From NCBI GenBank assembly GCA_965202605.1, contig OZ241838.1:905431-969430 (forward strand): 64,000 bases of DNA. Reading direction: 5' to 3'. Source of the DNA: a bacterium (GTDB taxonomy: Bacteria > JAAXHH01). This document shows, piece by piece, positions 29,594 to 40,136 of this stretch; within the stretch, counting starts at the first letter, position 1, and each line of letters starts with the position of its first letter. The translations under genes and the position numbers were made by a program. The notes below the pieces were generated by a model. The model had not been told where the DNA came from, ran no database searches, and worked only from the letters and a program-made list of their open reading frames with translations.

Positions 29594-30490
29594 GTGCCCT
29601 CCCTGATCAAACGCCTGCGCAATACCGCGGTCTATCACGCAACGCGCGCCTTCATCGGGCTGATGAACGTGCTGCCGAGACGGATGGCGTTGTCTGTCAG
29701 CGGGTGGATTGGCGGCCTGGCCTACCTCGTCGCCCGTTCCTCCAGGTGTCTTACGCTTTCCAATCTCACACTGGCCTACGGCGGAGAAAAGTCCCCCGGC
29801 CAGATCAGGCGGCTGGGCAGGTCCGTGTTCCGGGAATTGGGAAGGAATTTCGTCGATGTCGCCCGTCTGCCCGGGGTCACGGCAGAGAATGTGGACGGCC
29901 TGGTCAGGGCCGAGGGACTCTCCTGCCTGGAATCGGCCTATGGCGAGGGAAGGGGGGTGGTAGCCGTAAGCGCCCATCTGGGCAACTTCGAACTGATGGG
30001 CACGTTCCTGGCGCTGAAAGGCTTCACCGTTACCGTGGTGGCCGCGCCCCTCTATGATGCCAGGCTGGACGCGATCCTGCACAAAAACCGGGTACGCGGC
30101 GGATTGCACGTCGTCAGCCGGGACCGGGCCGCGTCCGCCGTGCTGCGCGCGCTGCGGAAGGGGCACGTCGTGGGTATCCTGGTCGACCAGGATACCCGGG
30201 GAGCCGGCATCGCGGTGCCGTTCTTCGGCAGACCCGCGCGAACGCCCACGGGTCCGGCCGTCCTGGCCGACCGGGCCGGTGCGCCGATCGTGCCCATGGC
30301 CATTCACCGCCTGGCGGACGATACCCACCTTCTAACCGTCCGCCCGCCGATTCGGCCCGCGGGAAGAACCCCGGAAGACGTGGAATGGACGACGAGCGCG
30401 TATACGGCGGAACTTGAGCGGTTCATCAGGAGAGCGCCGGCCCAGTGGGTATGGATGCACGACCGCTGGAAGGCGTCCCGGCAGGCTTGA
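29594..30490 (+). CDS. Lipid A biosynthesis lauroyl/myristoyl acyltransferase (HtrB/LpxL family)
   Basis: AHLGNFE, LVDQD, FFGRPA and QWVWMHDRWK. Start placed at GTG 29594. Confidence 0.88.
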   Translation: MPSLIKRLRNTAVYHATRAFIGLMNVLPRRMALSVSGWIGGLAYLVARSSRCLTLSNLTLAYGGEKSPGQIRRLGRSVFRELGRNFVDVARLPGVTAENVDGLVRAEGLSCLESAYGEGRGVVAVSAHLGNFELMGTFLALKGFTVTVVAAPLYDARLDAILHKNRVRGGLHVVSRDRAASAVLRALRKGHVVGILVDQDTRGAGIAVPFFGRPARTPTGPAVLADRAGAPIVPMAIHRLADDTHLLTVRPPIRPAGRTPEDVEWTTSAYTAELERFIRRAPAQWVWMHDRWKASRQA

Positions 30491-30560
30491 CCCGGTTTGC
30501 CACGGCGATCGACCCACAACTTGATCTTGCCCGACCGGTTTGTGTAAGGTATATTCAGGC

Positions 30561-31172
30561 ATGTCGATTCAGCATTTCTCTCAGCTTCGGCCCCGCCTTG
30601 AGTTTCGCGACGCGGAAAGGCACGCCCGCTTCTGGTTGTCGCACTTGTTCACGGCCATAGTCCTATGCTCGGCCGCGTGTCAATCCGTCGATCAGACCGC
30701 GGTGGAGACCGGCACGCAGGATATCCTGCCGGACCAGGAGGCATGGAACACGACGATCTACCTGAGCCGGCACGGCCGACAGGAAGCCAAGATAAAAGCC
30801 GGCCATCGTCTGTATTATTCATCGACGAATGTTACCGTCATGGACGGGGGCCTCTACGTCGAATTCTACGAAGAAGACGGCAGCCTGGCATCGACGCTCG
30901 AAGCCGAGCGGGGTGAAATCGACGGGCTGACCCATGACCTGCGCGTCAGGGGAGGCGTAATCGTCCACAGCACGGAGCGCGGTACCCTCGAAACCGATTC
31001 CCTGACCTGGGTGAACGCGGATAACCTCATCGAAACGGAAGCCGCCGTTCGATTGACCAGGGAAACGGATGTCATTACAGGCGACGGGTTTGAAGCCGAT
31101 CCGGGCATGCGGCGATACATCATCCGACGCGACATCAAAGGCCGGTTTCTACCGAGTGTGCAGTCGAAATGA
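30561..31172 (+). CDS. lptC: LPS export ABC transporter periplasmic protein LptC
   Basis: N-terminal hydrophobic anchor, beta-jellyroll-like LEAERG/LETDSLTW/ITGDGFEAD, and position before lptA-lptB. Confidence 0.8.
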   Translation: MSIQHFSQLRPRLEFRDAERHARFWLSHLFTAIVLCSAACQSVDQTAVETGTQDILPDQEAWNTTIYLSRHGRQEAKIKAGHRLYYSSTNVTVMDGGLYVEFYEEDGSLASTLEAERGEIDGLTHDLRVRGGVIVHSTERGTLETDSLTWVNADNLIETEAAVRLTRETDVITGDGFEADPGMRRYIIRRDIKGRFLPSVQSK

Positions 31173-32470
31173 CCAGGCTGCCGCACGACGCTTCGACACC
31201 CGTTTCACAAGGGGCCCCACCCTTGACGCCCAGCCGGAATTCAGGTATATTGCGAAGTAGAAATGCGTACGTCAGGTTGCTGATTACGGTCTGCGGTCTC
31301 GCCGTGCTCTCCGTTCCGTGGGCGACTGGGCAGGAACGCCGCGAACCCGTGCAAATCGAAGAAGCGGGGGAGCTCAGGGCCACCGGTGTCGACGAGATCT
31401 TCGATCTGTTCGATTCTGTGAAGCTCTCGCACGGAAGTACCGTGCTGACCAGTGACAGGGTTCGCTATGATCGTTTAAACGGTATCGTGCATCTCGCCGG
31501 AAACGTGCGCATGGTTCGCGACGCCAGCACGCTTCGCGCCGACGCCGCGGTTTACTATGAGAACGATCAAACGGCCGTCGCCACGGGTCGGGTGAGGCTC
31601 GACGACGGGCTGGACGGCGTGGTGCTGCAGGGCGCTCGCATGGTCTTTACCCAGGAGCCTCATCGTACCGTGGCGACGGGTGAGCCGGACATGGCCTGGC
31701 AGCAGGACGAAAGCCGGATAAATATCGAGGGACGACGTCTCGAGTACTACTTCACGGAATCCAGTACCCTGCTGAAGGCGCTGGCGAAGGATTCCGTCGT
31801 CGTGGTGGACGAAGGGGAAGGCGTGACGATTTACTGTGAGCAGGCGGAGTATCTCAAATCAACGCAGAGTGCGCGTTTCAGCGGCGCCCCCCGGTTGGTC
31901 AAGCGCCAGGAGAACGATGAAAGCGATATCGTGGTGACGGGGGAAGGCATGACCTACGCGTTCGATGTTCGAGCCGCCGTCGTGTTCGATTCGGTCAAAG
32001 TAGTGAAAGGTTTGCTGGAAGGACAATGCGATACGTTGCGATATGACAGCGAGGGCCAGAAGATCGATTTGCTCAGCAATCCCGTGATCCGAAGTGCCCA
32101 CAGCGAGATCGCCGGGGATGAAATCGTGCTTGAACTGGTTGAAGGCCGGGTTTCGAAAGCCGTTGTCACCGGAAACGCCTCGGGTTCCTATGCCGCTGAA
32201 AACGCGGAGGGTGCGGACCGCAGCACCATCGAAGGCCGCAGCATGGTCGTGGACTTCGAGGGCGAAGCAGTCAGGACGATAACGGCTCAGGGAAACGCGG
32301 TGAGTACCTACAACCCGTCCACGCTCGAAAGTGGGCCGACCGGCCAGAACGTGGTCCGGGCGAAAGAAATCGTGATCGAGCTGGATGGCGGAGAACCGGT
32401 CAAGGTGAACGCGGACGGCGGTGTGGACGGGACCTATCTCACACCGGAAGATGAAGACGGAAACCGTTGA
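31169..32470 (+). CDS. lptA: LptA/OstA-like multi-jellyroll periplasmic protein (true start may lie downstream, e.g. TTG 31250 or 31277)
   Basis: Signal-like hydrophobic segment and repeated OstA-type strands ([24 protein letters not shown]), between lptC and lptB. Confidence 0.72.
   Translation: MTRLPHDASTPVSQGAPPLTPSRNSGILRSRNAYVRLLITVCGLAVLSVPWATGQERREPVQIEEAGELRATGVDEIFDLFDSVKLSHGSTVLTSDRVRYDRLNGIVHLAGNVRMVRDASTLRADAAVYYENDQTAVATGRVRLDDGLDGVVLQGARMVFTQEPHRTVATGEPDMAWQQDESRINIEGRRLEYYFTESSTLLKALAKDSVVVVDEGEGVTIYCEQAEYLKSTQSARFSGAPRLVKRQENDESDIVVTGEGMTYAFDVRAAVVFDSVKVVKGLLEGQCDTLRYDSEGQKIDLLSNPVIRSAHSEIAGDEIVLELVEGRVSKAVVTGNASGSYAAENAEGADRSTIEGRSMVVDFEGEAVRTITAQGNAVSTYNPSTLESGPTGQNVVRAKEIVIELDGGEPVKVNADGGVDGTYLTPEDEDGNR
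31223..31251 (+). promoter_or_regulatory. Putative sigma70 promoter inside the predicted lptA 5' end
   Basis: TTGACG-N17-TATATT. Confidence 0.5.
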
Positions 32471-32483
32471 AAGCGGAGGGCTC

Positions 32484-33227
32484 GTGCAGTGCCTGCAAGC
32501 TGAGAACCTGGTAAAATCCTATCAGAATCACCGCGTCGTTGACGATGTGAGCTTACGCGTAGACCAGGGCGAGGTGGTCGGCCTGCTCGGTCCCAACGGG
32601 GCAGGGAAGACCACCTCGTTCTATATGATCGTCGGCATGATCAAACCGGGATCCGGGCAGGTGCTCATCGAAGACCGGGAAACCGGGAGAAAAAGGGACA
32701 TTACGCGGTGGCCGATGTACCGCAGGGCACGCGTCGGGATTGGCTATCTGGCCCAGGAACCTTCGATCTTTCGCCGGATGACGGTGGAACAGAACCTGAT
32801 GTCCATTCTCGAGACGTTGCCCATGACCCGCAAGGCCCGGCGCCAGAGGATGGAGGCTTTGCTGGAGGATTTCGGCATTGCGCATCTGGCCAAGCACAGG
32901 GCCTATACGCTGTCGGGAGGCGAACGCCGAAGAACCGAGATCAGCCGGGTTCTGGTTACCGAGCCGAAGTTCATACTGCTCGATGAACCCTTCGCCGGGA
33001 TTGACCCCATTGCCGTGGAGGATATCCAGGAAGTCATTGGACGCCTGAAGGAAAGAAAACTGGGTATACTGGTTACGGATCACATGGTGCGGGAGACTTT
33101 ACAGATTACGGACCGATCCTATATAATGGCCGACGGCCGCATCTATCTGTCCGGCACGGCCGAAGACCTGGCCGAAGATCCCGAAGCGCGCCGCATTTAT
33201 CTCGGCGAGCGGTTTCGCCTGGAATAA
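32484..33227 (+). CDS. lptB: LPS export ABC transporter ATP-binding protein
   Basis: [41 protein letters not shown] and YLGERF. GTG start after GGAGG. Confidence 0.95.
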   Translation: MQCLQAENLVKSYQNHRVVDDVSLRVDQGEVVGLLGPNGAGKTTSFYMIVGMIKPGSGQVLIEDRETGRKRDITRWPMYRRARVGIGYLAQEPSIFRRMTVEQNLMSILETLPMTRKARRQRMEALLEDFGIAHLAKHRAYTLSGGERRRTEISRVLVTEPKFILLDEPFAGIDPIAVEDIQEVIGRLKERKLGILVTDHMVRETLQITDRSYIMADGRIYLSGTAEDLAEDPEARRIYLGERFRLE

Positions 33228-33242
33228 ACGGAAGAAACGCTC

Positions 33243-34727
33243 ATGGAACTACATCTGCAACCTCAGACGAGACAGCAGTTTTCTCCCCAGCTGATGTATT
33301 CGCTCAAGCTGCTGCAGTTCACCACGGTGGAACTCGAACAGGAGATCAAGGAGAAAATCGAGGAAAACCCGTTGCTGGAACTGGAGGAAGAGACGGGCGA
33401 ACCAGGCGAACAAGGCGAGCCGGGCGGACAGGAGGACGGCTCAGCGGGGGGGGCGCTTGCGGAGGAGTCGGACTCGACGCGCGAAGACGATCCGGGGGAT
33501 ATGACGCCTGACCGGGACGGAATCGACTGGGATGCCTATATACGCGACGGCATGTACAACCAGATGGATTCCCGCGAGGAAACCGAAAAGCGGGAAGATC
33601 AGCACGTCCTGGAACGTGAGGGGAAGTCGGGGCCGACGCTCACCCAGCACCTCGTGGAGCAGCTGCATCTTCTCGAACTTTCCGCCCGTGCCCGCGAAAT
33701 CGGTGAATACCTGATCGGCAACCTGAACGACAGCGGCCTCCTCGACGTCCCGTTGCAGGATCTGGCGCTGGAATCGGGCGTGCCGTTCGATGAGGCGGAA
33801 CGGGTTCTGAAGGTCGTGCAGACCCTCGAACCTACCGGCGTAGGCGCACGAGACCTGCGGGAGTGCCTGATGTTGCAGCTGGATGCGCTGAACCTGCGGG
33901 AATCGCTGGCATACAGAATGATATCGGAACAATGGCGGGACGTCAAACAGCGGCGCGTCGCGGCAATCCGGAAGAGAACCCGGGCTTCCCGGGAAGAGAT
34001 CGGGGACGCTTTGAATGTGATCTCGGGACTCAATCCACACCCGGGTCTGGCCATCAGCGATTCGTCTGTAATCTCCATACATCCCGATCTGGTCGTTGAA
34101 AAGATTGAGGGAGAATACGTCGTATACCTCAATGACCGCAACTTGCCCGGGGTCCGTGTCAGCCACGCCTACCAGGCTATCCTGAGCCGGAGTACGCATT
34201 CCACCGAAGAAGACCGGCGGTACGTGCGACGGAAACTGACCGAGGCGAATCACTTCGTAAACTCCATTGAACAAAGGCGGTCCACCCTGTTGAAGGTCAC
34301 GAACTGCATTGTCAAGTCGCAGCGCGCATTCCTGGATTCAGGCCTGTCCCATCTCAAACCGATGATTCTGCAGGAGGTCGCGGACGAGGTGGGGCTGCAT
34401 GTAACGACCGTCAGCCGGGCCACGCAAGGCAAGTACATACAGACCCCCAGGGGTATTTACGCACTGAGGTTTTTCTTTGACGGCAGGCTGCAGAAGAAAT
34501 CACCGGAGGAAACGGACGATGTCCCGGGCGGCCAGCTGGCGACAAAGACGGTCAAAGATCGAATCGCCCGGATCATCGAGGAGGAAGACGAGCACGCGCC
34601 GCTGAGCGACCAGGCCATCGAGGAGATCCTGCGGTCGGAAGAGGGCGTGCAGATCAAAAGGCGGACCGTGGCGAAATACCGCGAGAACCTGGGCATACCC
34701 ATAGCGCGGATGCGAAGAAGGATCTAA
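33243..34727 (+). CDS. rpoN: RNA polymerase sigma-54 factor
   Basis: LKLLQF...IEENPLLE, PTGVGARDLRECL, LHVTTVSRAT and the RpoN box KRRTVAKYRE. Confidence 0.95.
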   Translation: MELHLQPQTRQQFSPQLMYSLKLLQFTTVELEQEIKEKIEENPLLELEEETGEPGEQGEPGGQEDGSAGGALAEESDSTREDDPGDMTPDRDGIDWDAYIRDGMYNQMDSREETEKREDQHVLEREGKSGPTLTQHLVEQLHLLELSARAREIGEYLIGNLNDSGLLDVPLQDLALESGVPFDEAERVLKVVQTLEPTGVGARDLRECLMLQLDALNLRESLAYRMISEQWRDVKQRRVAAIRKRTRASREEIGDALNVISGLNPHPGLAISDSSVISIHPDLVVEKIEGEYVVYLNDRNLPGVRVSHAYQAILSRSTHSTEEDRRYVRRKLTEANHFVNSIEQRRSTLLKVTNCIVKSQRAFLDSGLSHLKPMILQEVADEVGLHVTTVSRATQGKYIQTPRGIYALRFFFDGRLQKKSPEETDDVPGGQLATKTVKDRIARIIEEEDEHAPLSDQAIEEILRSEEGVQIKRRTVAKYRENLGIPIARMRRRI

Positions 34728-34778
34728 CCTGTTCAGAAGAATCCTACCCGTAGGGAAATACAGCGAAGGGAGGCGACC

Positions 34779-35081
34779 GTGCAGAAAACCATGACAGCCC
34801 GCCACTGCGAACTGGCAGACGCATACAAGCGGCACGCGGATAGAGAGATGGACCGGCTGACCCGTTACAGCGACAATATCCTGAGCGCGGATCTCATTGT
34901 CTCTCAAGAAAAATACCGGTACATGGTCGAACTGAATGTGCACGTCGGCGGACACGTCCTGACCAGCAAGGAGGAGGACGCCGAGGCCTATACCGCGCTT
35001 GACCAGGCGGTCAACAAGATGGAAAGTCAGTTGAAAAAGCACAATGGCAAGCTACACGACCACAGGGTCAGGCGTCATTAA
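34779..35081 (+). CDS. hpf: Ribosome hibernation promoting factor (short HPF/RaiA)
   Basis: TARH..., YTALDQAVNKMESQLKKH; directly downstream of rpoN. Confidence 0.88.
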   Translation: MQKTMTARHCELADAYKRHADREMDRLTRYSDNILSADLIVSQEKYRYMVELNVHVGGHVLTSKEEDAEAYTALDQAVNKMESQLKKHNGKLHDHRVRRH

Positions 35082-35168
35082 AAGACACTCCGTGCATGTA
35101 CGCGCCTTAGAGCGCCCGGAACGGCGATTCGGGGCCAACCCGGCCCCATCTTCCCGTGAAGACGACTG

Positions 35169-36152
35169 ATGGCCACCACGTCGCCCTTGAAACCGCGCGT
35201 CCTGCTCATCAAGTCCCTGGTAGAACAGGTCGACCTGAAACTGTCGCCACTGACGGGTGAAACGGGACTCTCCAGGAAGATCACCAACGCGGAGACGAAT
35301 CGGCCCGGACTCGCGCTGTCAGGTTTTTTCGACAGGTTTTCCAACAACAGGATTCAGATCCTTGGAGAAACCGAATTAACCTACCTGAAGAGCCTGCCCG
35401 GGGACCAGCGGCGCGCGTCGCTGGTCCGACTGTTCGACCTGGGCATTCCCTGCATGGTCGTTACGAAGGGCATGGACCCGCCGGAGGAACTGACCGAAAC
35501 CGCCGAGCGGTTCGACACGGCCCTCCTGGGGACTGCCCTGACGACGGACGCCTTCATACACTCTCTGATCGAGTACCTGGAACCCTATTTCGCACCGATG
35601 ACGACCGTACACGGCGCGCTGGTCGACGTTTACGGCGTGGGCCTCCTGTTTACGGGACGCAGCGGAATAGGCAAAAGCGAGACGGCCCTCGACCTGGTGG
35701 AACGCGGTCACAGGCTGGTGGCCGACGATGTGGTGACCGCCTACCGGATGCGGCGCGGCATCGTCATGGGGACGAGCAACACGGTAACACAGCATTTCAT
35801 GGAAATTCGGGGCGTCGGGATTATCGACGTCACGCGCATGTTCGGCATCCGAAGCATCCGCGTACGTAAAAGGATAGAAGTCGTGGTGAACCTGGAAGAC
35901 TGGAACAACGATGGGGATTATGAACGCACGGCGCTCGACGAGAAGACCACGACGTTACTCGACGCGGAACTGCCCCATGTCCGCATTCCGATCAATCCGG
36001 GCAAGAACCTGACCGTAATCTCCGAGGTGGTTGCGCTCAGGCACCTCCTGAAGGTCGTCGGTATAAACCCGGCGTCGACATTGAATCAGCGCGTGCTGGA
36101 AGTAATGAAGGAAGGCGAAAGAGTCCGGTACCGCAGGGAAGATTACGAATAG
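35169..36152 (+). CDS. hprK: HPr kinase/phosphorylase
   Basis: NRPGLAL, HGALVDVYGVG, GRSGIGKSETAL, LVADD and EIRGVGIID. Confidence 0.95.
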   Translation: MATTSPLKPRVLLIKSLVEQVDLKLSPLTGETGLSRKITNAETNRPGLALSGFFDRFSNNRIQILGETELTYLKSLPGDQRRASLVRLFDLGIPCMVVTKGMDPPEELTETAERFDTALLGTALTTDAFIHSLIEYLEPYFAPMTTVHGALVDVYGVGLLFTGRSGIGKSETALDLVERGHRLVADDVVTAYRMRRGIVMGTSNTVTQHFMEIRGVGIIDVTRMFGIRSIRVRKRIEVVVNLEDWNNDGDYERTALDEKTTTLLDAELPHVRIPINPGKNLTVISEVVALRHLLKVVGINPASTLNQRVLEVMKEGERVRYRREDYE

Positions 36153-36190
36153 ACGCATATCACGTACGTCTGACTGAATCGGACTGCGCC

Positions 36191-36454
36191 TTGGTAAGGA
36201 AAACCGTTTCCGTCAAAAACAGAAAGGGGCTGCACATGCGGCCCGCGGAGCAGCTGGTCCGCACGGCTTCCAGGTTCGAGTCGGAAGTCACGCTGGTCAA
36301 GGACACTGTGCCGGTCAATGGAAAGAGCATCATGGGCGTGATGATGCTGGCTGCCGAGTACGGCAGTTCCATCACGGTCGAGATTGAAGGCCCCGATGAA
36401 ACGGATGCGCTGAAGGCCATAACCGAGATGTTCGACCAGGATCAGGAGGCGTGA
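36191..36454 (+). CDS. ptsH: Phosphocarrier protein HPr
   Basis: GLHMRPA (His15) and NGKSIMGVM (Ser46). Confidence 0.93.
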   Translation: MVRKTVSVKNRKGLHMRPAEQLVRTASRFESEVTLVKDTVPVNGKSIMGVMMLAAEYGSSITVEIEGPDETDALKAITEMFDQDQEA

Positions 36455-36455
36455 A

Positions 36456-38216
36456 ATGAGCGAAGAGGGCCGCACACTCAAAGGCATTCCTGCCTCGCCC
36501 GGCATCGCCATCGGCCGCGCTTTCGTCTATAATCGCCGCTTCGCCGACATACACCAGCGTCCGATTCCTTCCGACGAAGTGGAAGAGGAAATCAAACGGT
36601 TCAGGACCGCGGTCGATGAGGCGTTGAACGACCTGACCCAGCTGCAGCGTCGCATCGCGGTCGATATCGACCAGGATATCCTGAAGATCTTCCGTGCCCA
36701 CCAGGCGGTGCTCGAGGATCCGGAAGTCGTGGACGTCACCATCGTCCGCATCCGCCGGGAAAAGACCAATGCGGAGTATGTTTTCGACGATGTGATGAGA
36801 GGATGGATATCCAGCTACTCCTCGATCGAGAATCCATTCTTCCGTGAAAGGACCGCCGATTTCGAAGACGTTCATTACCGGGTGCTGGCGAAACTCACGG
36901 GCAGCGCCCGCCCCCGGGTCGAGGCCACCGAAGGAAAGGTGGTGCTCGTAGCCCACAGCCTGTCCCCTTCAGATACGGCGGAAATCAGCCGCGATTCGGT
37001 GTGCGGCTTCATCACCGACGCCGGAGGCCAGACGTCGCATACGGCGATCGTGGCCCGCGGCCTGGCCGTGCCGGCGGTGGTCGGCGCCAATATCGCCACG
37101 CAGGAGATCACCGATGGCATGATGATCATCATCGACGGCAACACCGGGATGGTCCATCTTGATCCCGGTCCTGAAACCGTCGGCCGGTACGAGGAAACGC
37201 AATCCCAGCTGTCCGTGCTGGAGCATGAGCTGCAGGAACTTCATGATCTGCCCGCGGAGACCCGGGACGGCAGGCGCATCGAGCTTTCGGCAAATATCGA
37301 ACTGCCGGGTGAACTGGAAGACGTCCTGAATCACGGTGCGGATGGCATAGGTCTGTATCGTACCGAGTTCCTTTATCTGGTTCGCAATGAGTTGCCTTCC
37401 GAAGAAGAGCAGGCCCGGACCTATCTGGATATCGCCCGGCGCATGGCGCCGCACGCCGTTATCATACGCACGCTGGATCTCGGTGCGGACAAGATGCATA
37501 CGCAGATGCCGGACGAAGCCAATCCCGCCCTCGGACAGCGGGGCATTCGACTCTGTCTCAATCGTCCGGCAATGTTCAAAGTACAGTTGCGCGCTATCCT
37601 GAGAGCCAGCGTAGAAGGTAACGTAAGGCTCATGTTTCCAATGATTTCCGGAATACATGAACTCCGGCGGGCGAAGGCGCTGTTTGACGAGGCGCGGAAT
37701 GAGTTGCTGGAGGCCGGTGTACCTATTGACCGGTCGATGCCGATCGGGATCATGGTCGAGATTCCTTCTGCCGCGCTGACCGCCCACGACCTGGCCAGGG
37801 AAGTCGACTTCTTCAGTATCGGAACGAACGATCTGATCCAGTACACGGTGGCGGCCGATCGGGGCAATTCGAGTATAGCCTCCCTGTATAATCCATGCCA
37901 CCCGGCTGTACTGCGGCTGGTCGCTTCGATTATCGATGCAGCCCACGACAACGACATCTGGGTCGGGGTGTGCGGCGCCATGGCCGCTCATCCGCTGGCG
38001 GCCTGCATACTCCTGGGCCTGGGCGTTGACGAGCTAAGTATGAGCCCGATCGATATCCCGGAGATCAAGAGCCTGATTCGGTCGGCGGACTACCAGGAGC
38101 TCAAGACCATTACGCGCGATGCACTGGATCTGCCCACGTCGGAGGAGATCGTGCGATTCCTGAAACCCTACCAGCCCAGGACCGAGCTGGACGTATCCGA
38201 CTTGATGCGAATCTGA
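36456..38216 (+). CDS. ptsI: PEP-protein phosphotransferase (PTS Enzyme I), no GAF domain
   Basis: GIPASPGIAIG, GGQTSHTAI, GIGLYRTEF, RTLDLGADK, SIGTNDLIQY and VGVCG. Confidence 0.95.
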   Translation: MSEEGRTLKGIPASPGIAIGRAFVYNRRFADIHQRPIPSDEVEEEIKRFRTAVDEALNDLTQLQRRIAVDIDQDILKIFRAHQAVLEDPEVVDVTIVRIRREKTNAEYVFDDVMRGWISSYSSIENPFFRERTADFEDVHYRVLAKLTGSARPRVEATEGKVVLVAHSLSPSDTAEISRDSVCGFITDAGGQTSHTAIVARGLAVPAVVGANIATQEITDGMMIIIDGNTGMVHLDPGPETVGRYEETQSQLSVLEHELQELHDLPAETRDGRRIELSANIELPGELEDVLNHGADGIGLYRTEFLYLVRNELPSEEEQARTYLDIARRMAPHAVIIRTLDLGADKMHTQMPDEANPALGQRGIRLCLNRPAMFKVQLRAILRASVEGNVRLMFPMISGIHELRRAKALFDEARNELLEAGVPIDRSMPIGIMVEIPSAALTAHDLAREVDFFSIGTNDLIQYTVAADRGNSSIASLYNPCHPAVLRLVASIIDAAHDNDIWVGVCGAMAAHPLAACILLGLGVDELSMSPIDIPEIKSLIRSADYQELKTITRDALDLPTSEEIVRFLKPYQPRTELDVSDLMRI

Positions 38217-38292
38217 AGGCTGGTTGCCGGCTCTGTGCCGCGAAGATGCCGCGGTGCGTGGCAGGTCGTCAGTAATTTACGGGAGAGATGAT

Positions 38293-39261
38293 TTGGGCTT
38301 TTCCAAAACTGAAATCGCGCAATTCAATGATCGTGGATATCTGGTCAAAGCAGGACTGCTGGCGCCGGGTGATTTGCATCCATTGCAATCCGCCTTAAGC
38401 GACATCGTCGATCGCGGAGCGAAGAAGCTGCACGCCGACGGCAAGTTGGCCAGGCTCTACGACAAGGAGGGATTCGAGACGCGGCTCGCCCGCATTTACG
38501 AGGAATCCGAAGAAGCCGGCCAGGTAATCATGGGGATGGTCATGGGCCGGGGCGGAGGCGGATTCAGCGGCGAGGCGATGCTGGTCCTGTTACGGAACGC
38601 GGACCTGGTAGACTGTGTCACCGACCTGGTCGGACCGGACATCGTGGGGGCCTCCGCATATCGCATACGTCCCAAGATCCCGGCGTACACGCGGACGGAA
38701 GTGCCCTGGCACCAGGATTCCGGGTATTTCCTGCCCCACTGCGACCGGCATCTGATCGTGACCTGCTGGATCCCCCTGGTCGACGCAACGGTGGAAAACG
38801 GATGTCTGCACGTCATCCCGGGCGTCCATAGAAGCGGCGTGTTCCGGCACTACACGGGCGGGCACGGAGGCTACCTGGAGATCCCGGGAGACGAATTGCC
38901 CGGAAACAAACCCGTACCGGTGGAAATGAAACTGGGCGACGTCCTGTTCATGACCAATCTGACGCCCCATGCTTCCTTCGTGAACCGGTCCGAAATCGTC
39001 CGCTGGAGCGTCGACCTGAGGTATCAACCCATGGACGCGCCAAACAACGCCGAAGAGGATCCGGCAACATATACGCCGGAACGGGACCCGGTCACCATGG
39101 CCTGTTATCCGAGCGAGGCGGATTTCGTCATCCGGGATTCAAACCGTCCCGAGCGGGAGATTCGAACGCCGGAGGCCTTCAGGGCGCTCAGGGACCGCTA
39201 CCACGAAGCGAAGCCCTATAATCCGGGCAGGGGCTGGACCCGCCTCAAGGACCGGGAATGA
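38293..39261 (+). CDS. Phytanoyl-CoA dioxygenase (PhyH) family Fe(II)/2OG oxygenase
   Basis: PWHQD, WIPLVDATVENGCL, TPHAS and RWSVDLRY. TTG start after GGGAGAG. Confidence 0.85.
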   Translation: MGFSKTEIAQFNDRGYLVKAGLLAPGDLHPLQSALSDIVDRGAKKLHADGKLARLYDKEGFETRLARIYEESEEAGQVIMGMVMGRGGGGFSGEAMLVLLRNADLVDCVTDLVGPDIVGASAYRIRPKIPAYTRTEVPWHQDSGYFLPHCDRHLIVTCWIPLVDATVENGCLHVIPGVHRSGVFRHYTGGHGGYLEIPGDELPGNKPVPVEMKLGDVLFMTNLTPHASFVNRSEIVRWSVDLRYQPMDAPNNAEEDPATYTPERDPVTMACYPSEADFVIRDSNRPEREIRTPEAFRALRDRYHEAKPYNPGRGWTRLKDRE

Positions 39262-39368
39262 TCCATATCCGCCAGGAACGGTACCGCGGGTTCGGCGGTA
39301 TCGCGGATTCAAGTGAATGAAGTCTACATGGACCCTCAAGTCGAACATCGACTCTTCCGGAGACTGAC

Positions 39369-40082
39369 ATGAACCCCGGCATCAACCGATACATGCGGGC
39401 GCCCTACGCGGCGCCAAATGGCCTGCAGGTCACCGAGGAAGGCCTGTGGGTCGTGGATCAGTTGACGGACCGCGTGGCGCTCCTGGCCCTGGCAGAACCG
39501 CACGAGTACGGCGTATCCGGGATTCTCCGTGAATTGCCTACGGAATCCTCTAATACGAGCGGCATGTCCTTTGGCGAAGGAGGGCTCTGGCTGGCCGCGA
39601 ACGGCTCGGGCGACCGGTGGCGCTTCGCGAAGGATACCGACGCCCCGTCCGGAACGGGCGAGATACTCAAGGTCGATCCCCGGACCGGAGCTACGCTGCT
39701 CCGCCGGCCGCTGCCCGCACCGGGCGGGACTCATGGCCTGGATTACGATTTCGTGGAAAAGGGCACGATCTGGCTCAGCACGCTTCGGGAGAAGACGCTG
39801 ACCCAGGTCCGTATCCACGACTGGTCGGTAAAAAGGGTCATTCCGTTGCCTTACGACGCCGGGCACGGAGTCGTAAGGACCGAAGACGATGCCCTGTGGA
39901 TGGTATTCAAAGTGGACCGCGTCATTGCGAAGATGGATATCGAGACCGGCGCGGTGCGCGACGAGATCCATATCGGTCCGGACCATCCGGAACCCCACGG
40001 CCTGGCGCGTTGCGGAGACGACCTGTTGTACTGCGACGCGACGACGGGCTGGATCGCCCGGATAGACGACGTCTTCGGATGA
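39369..40082 (+). CDS. Hypothetical protein, probable beta-propeller (Vgb/NHL-like blades)
   Basis: Repeated PxG(L/M)...LW blades: PNGL...LWVVD, TSGMSF...LWLA, THGLD...IWLS, GHGV...LWMV, PHGLA...LLYC. Confidence 0.6.
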   Translation: MNPGINRYMRAPYAAPNGLQVTEEGLWVVDQLTDRVALLALAEPHEYGVSGILRELPTESSNTSGMSFGEGGLWLAANGSGDRWRFAKDTDAPSGTGEILKVDPRTGATLLRRPLPAPGGTHGLDYDFVEKGTIWLSTLREKTLTQVRIHDWSVKRVIPLPYDAGHGVVRTEDDALWMVFKVDRVIAKMDIETGAVRDEIHIGPDHPEPHGLARCGDDLLYCDATTGWIARIDDVFG

Positions 40083-40136
40083 TCCTTCCGGGCGCGGCCA
40101 GTATAGTAAAACCCCGCAACCCCGCGGGAACCCGCC

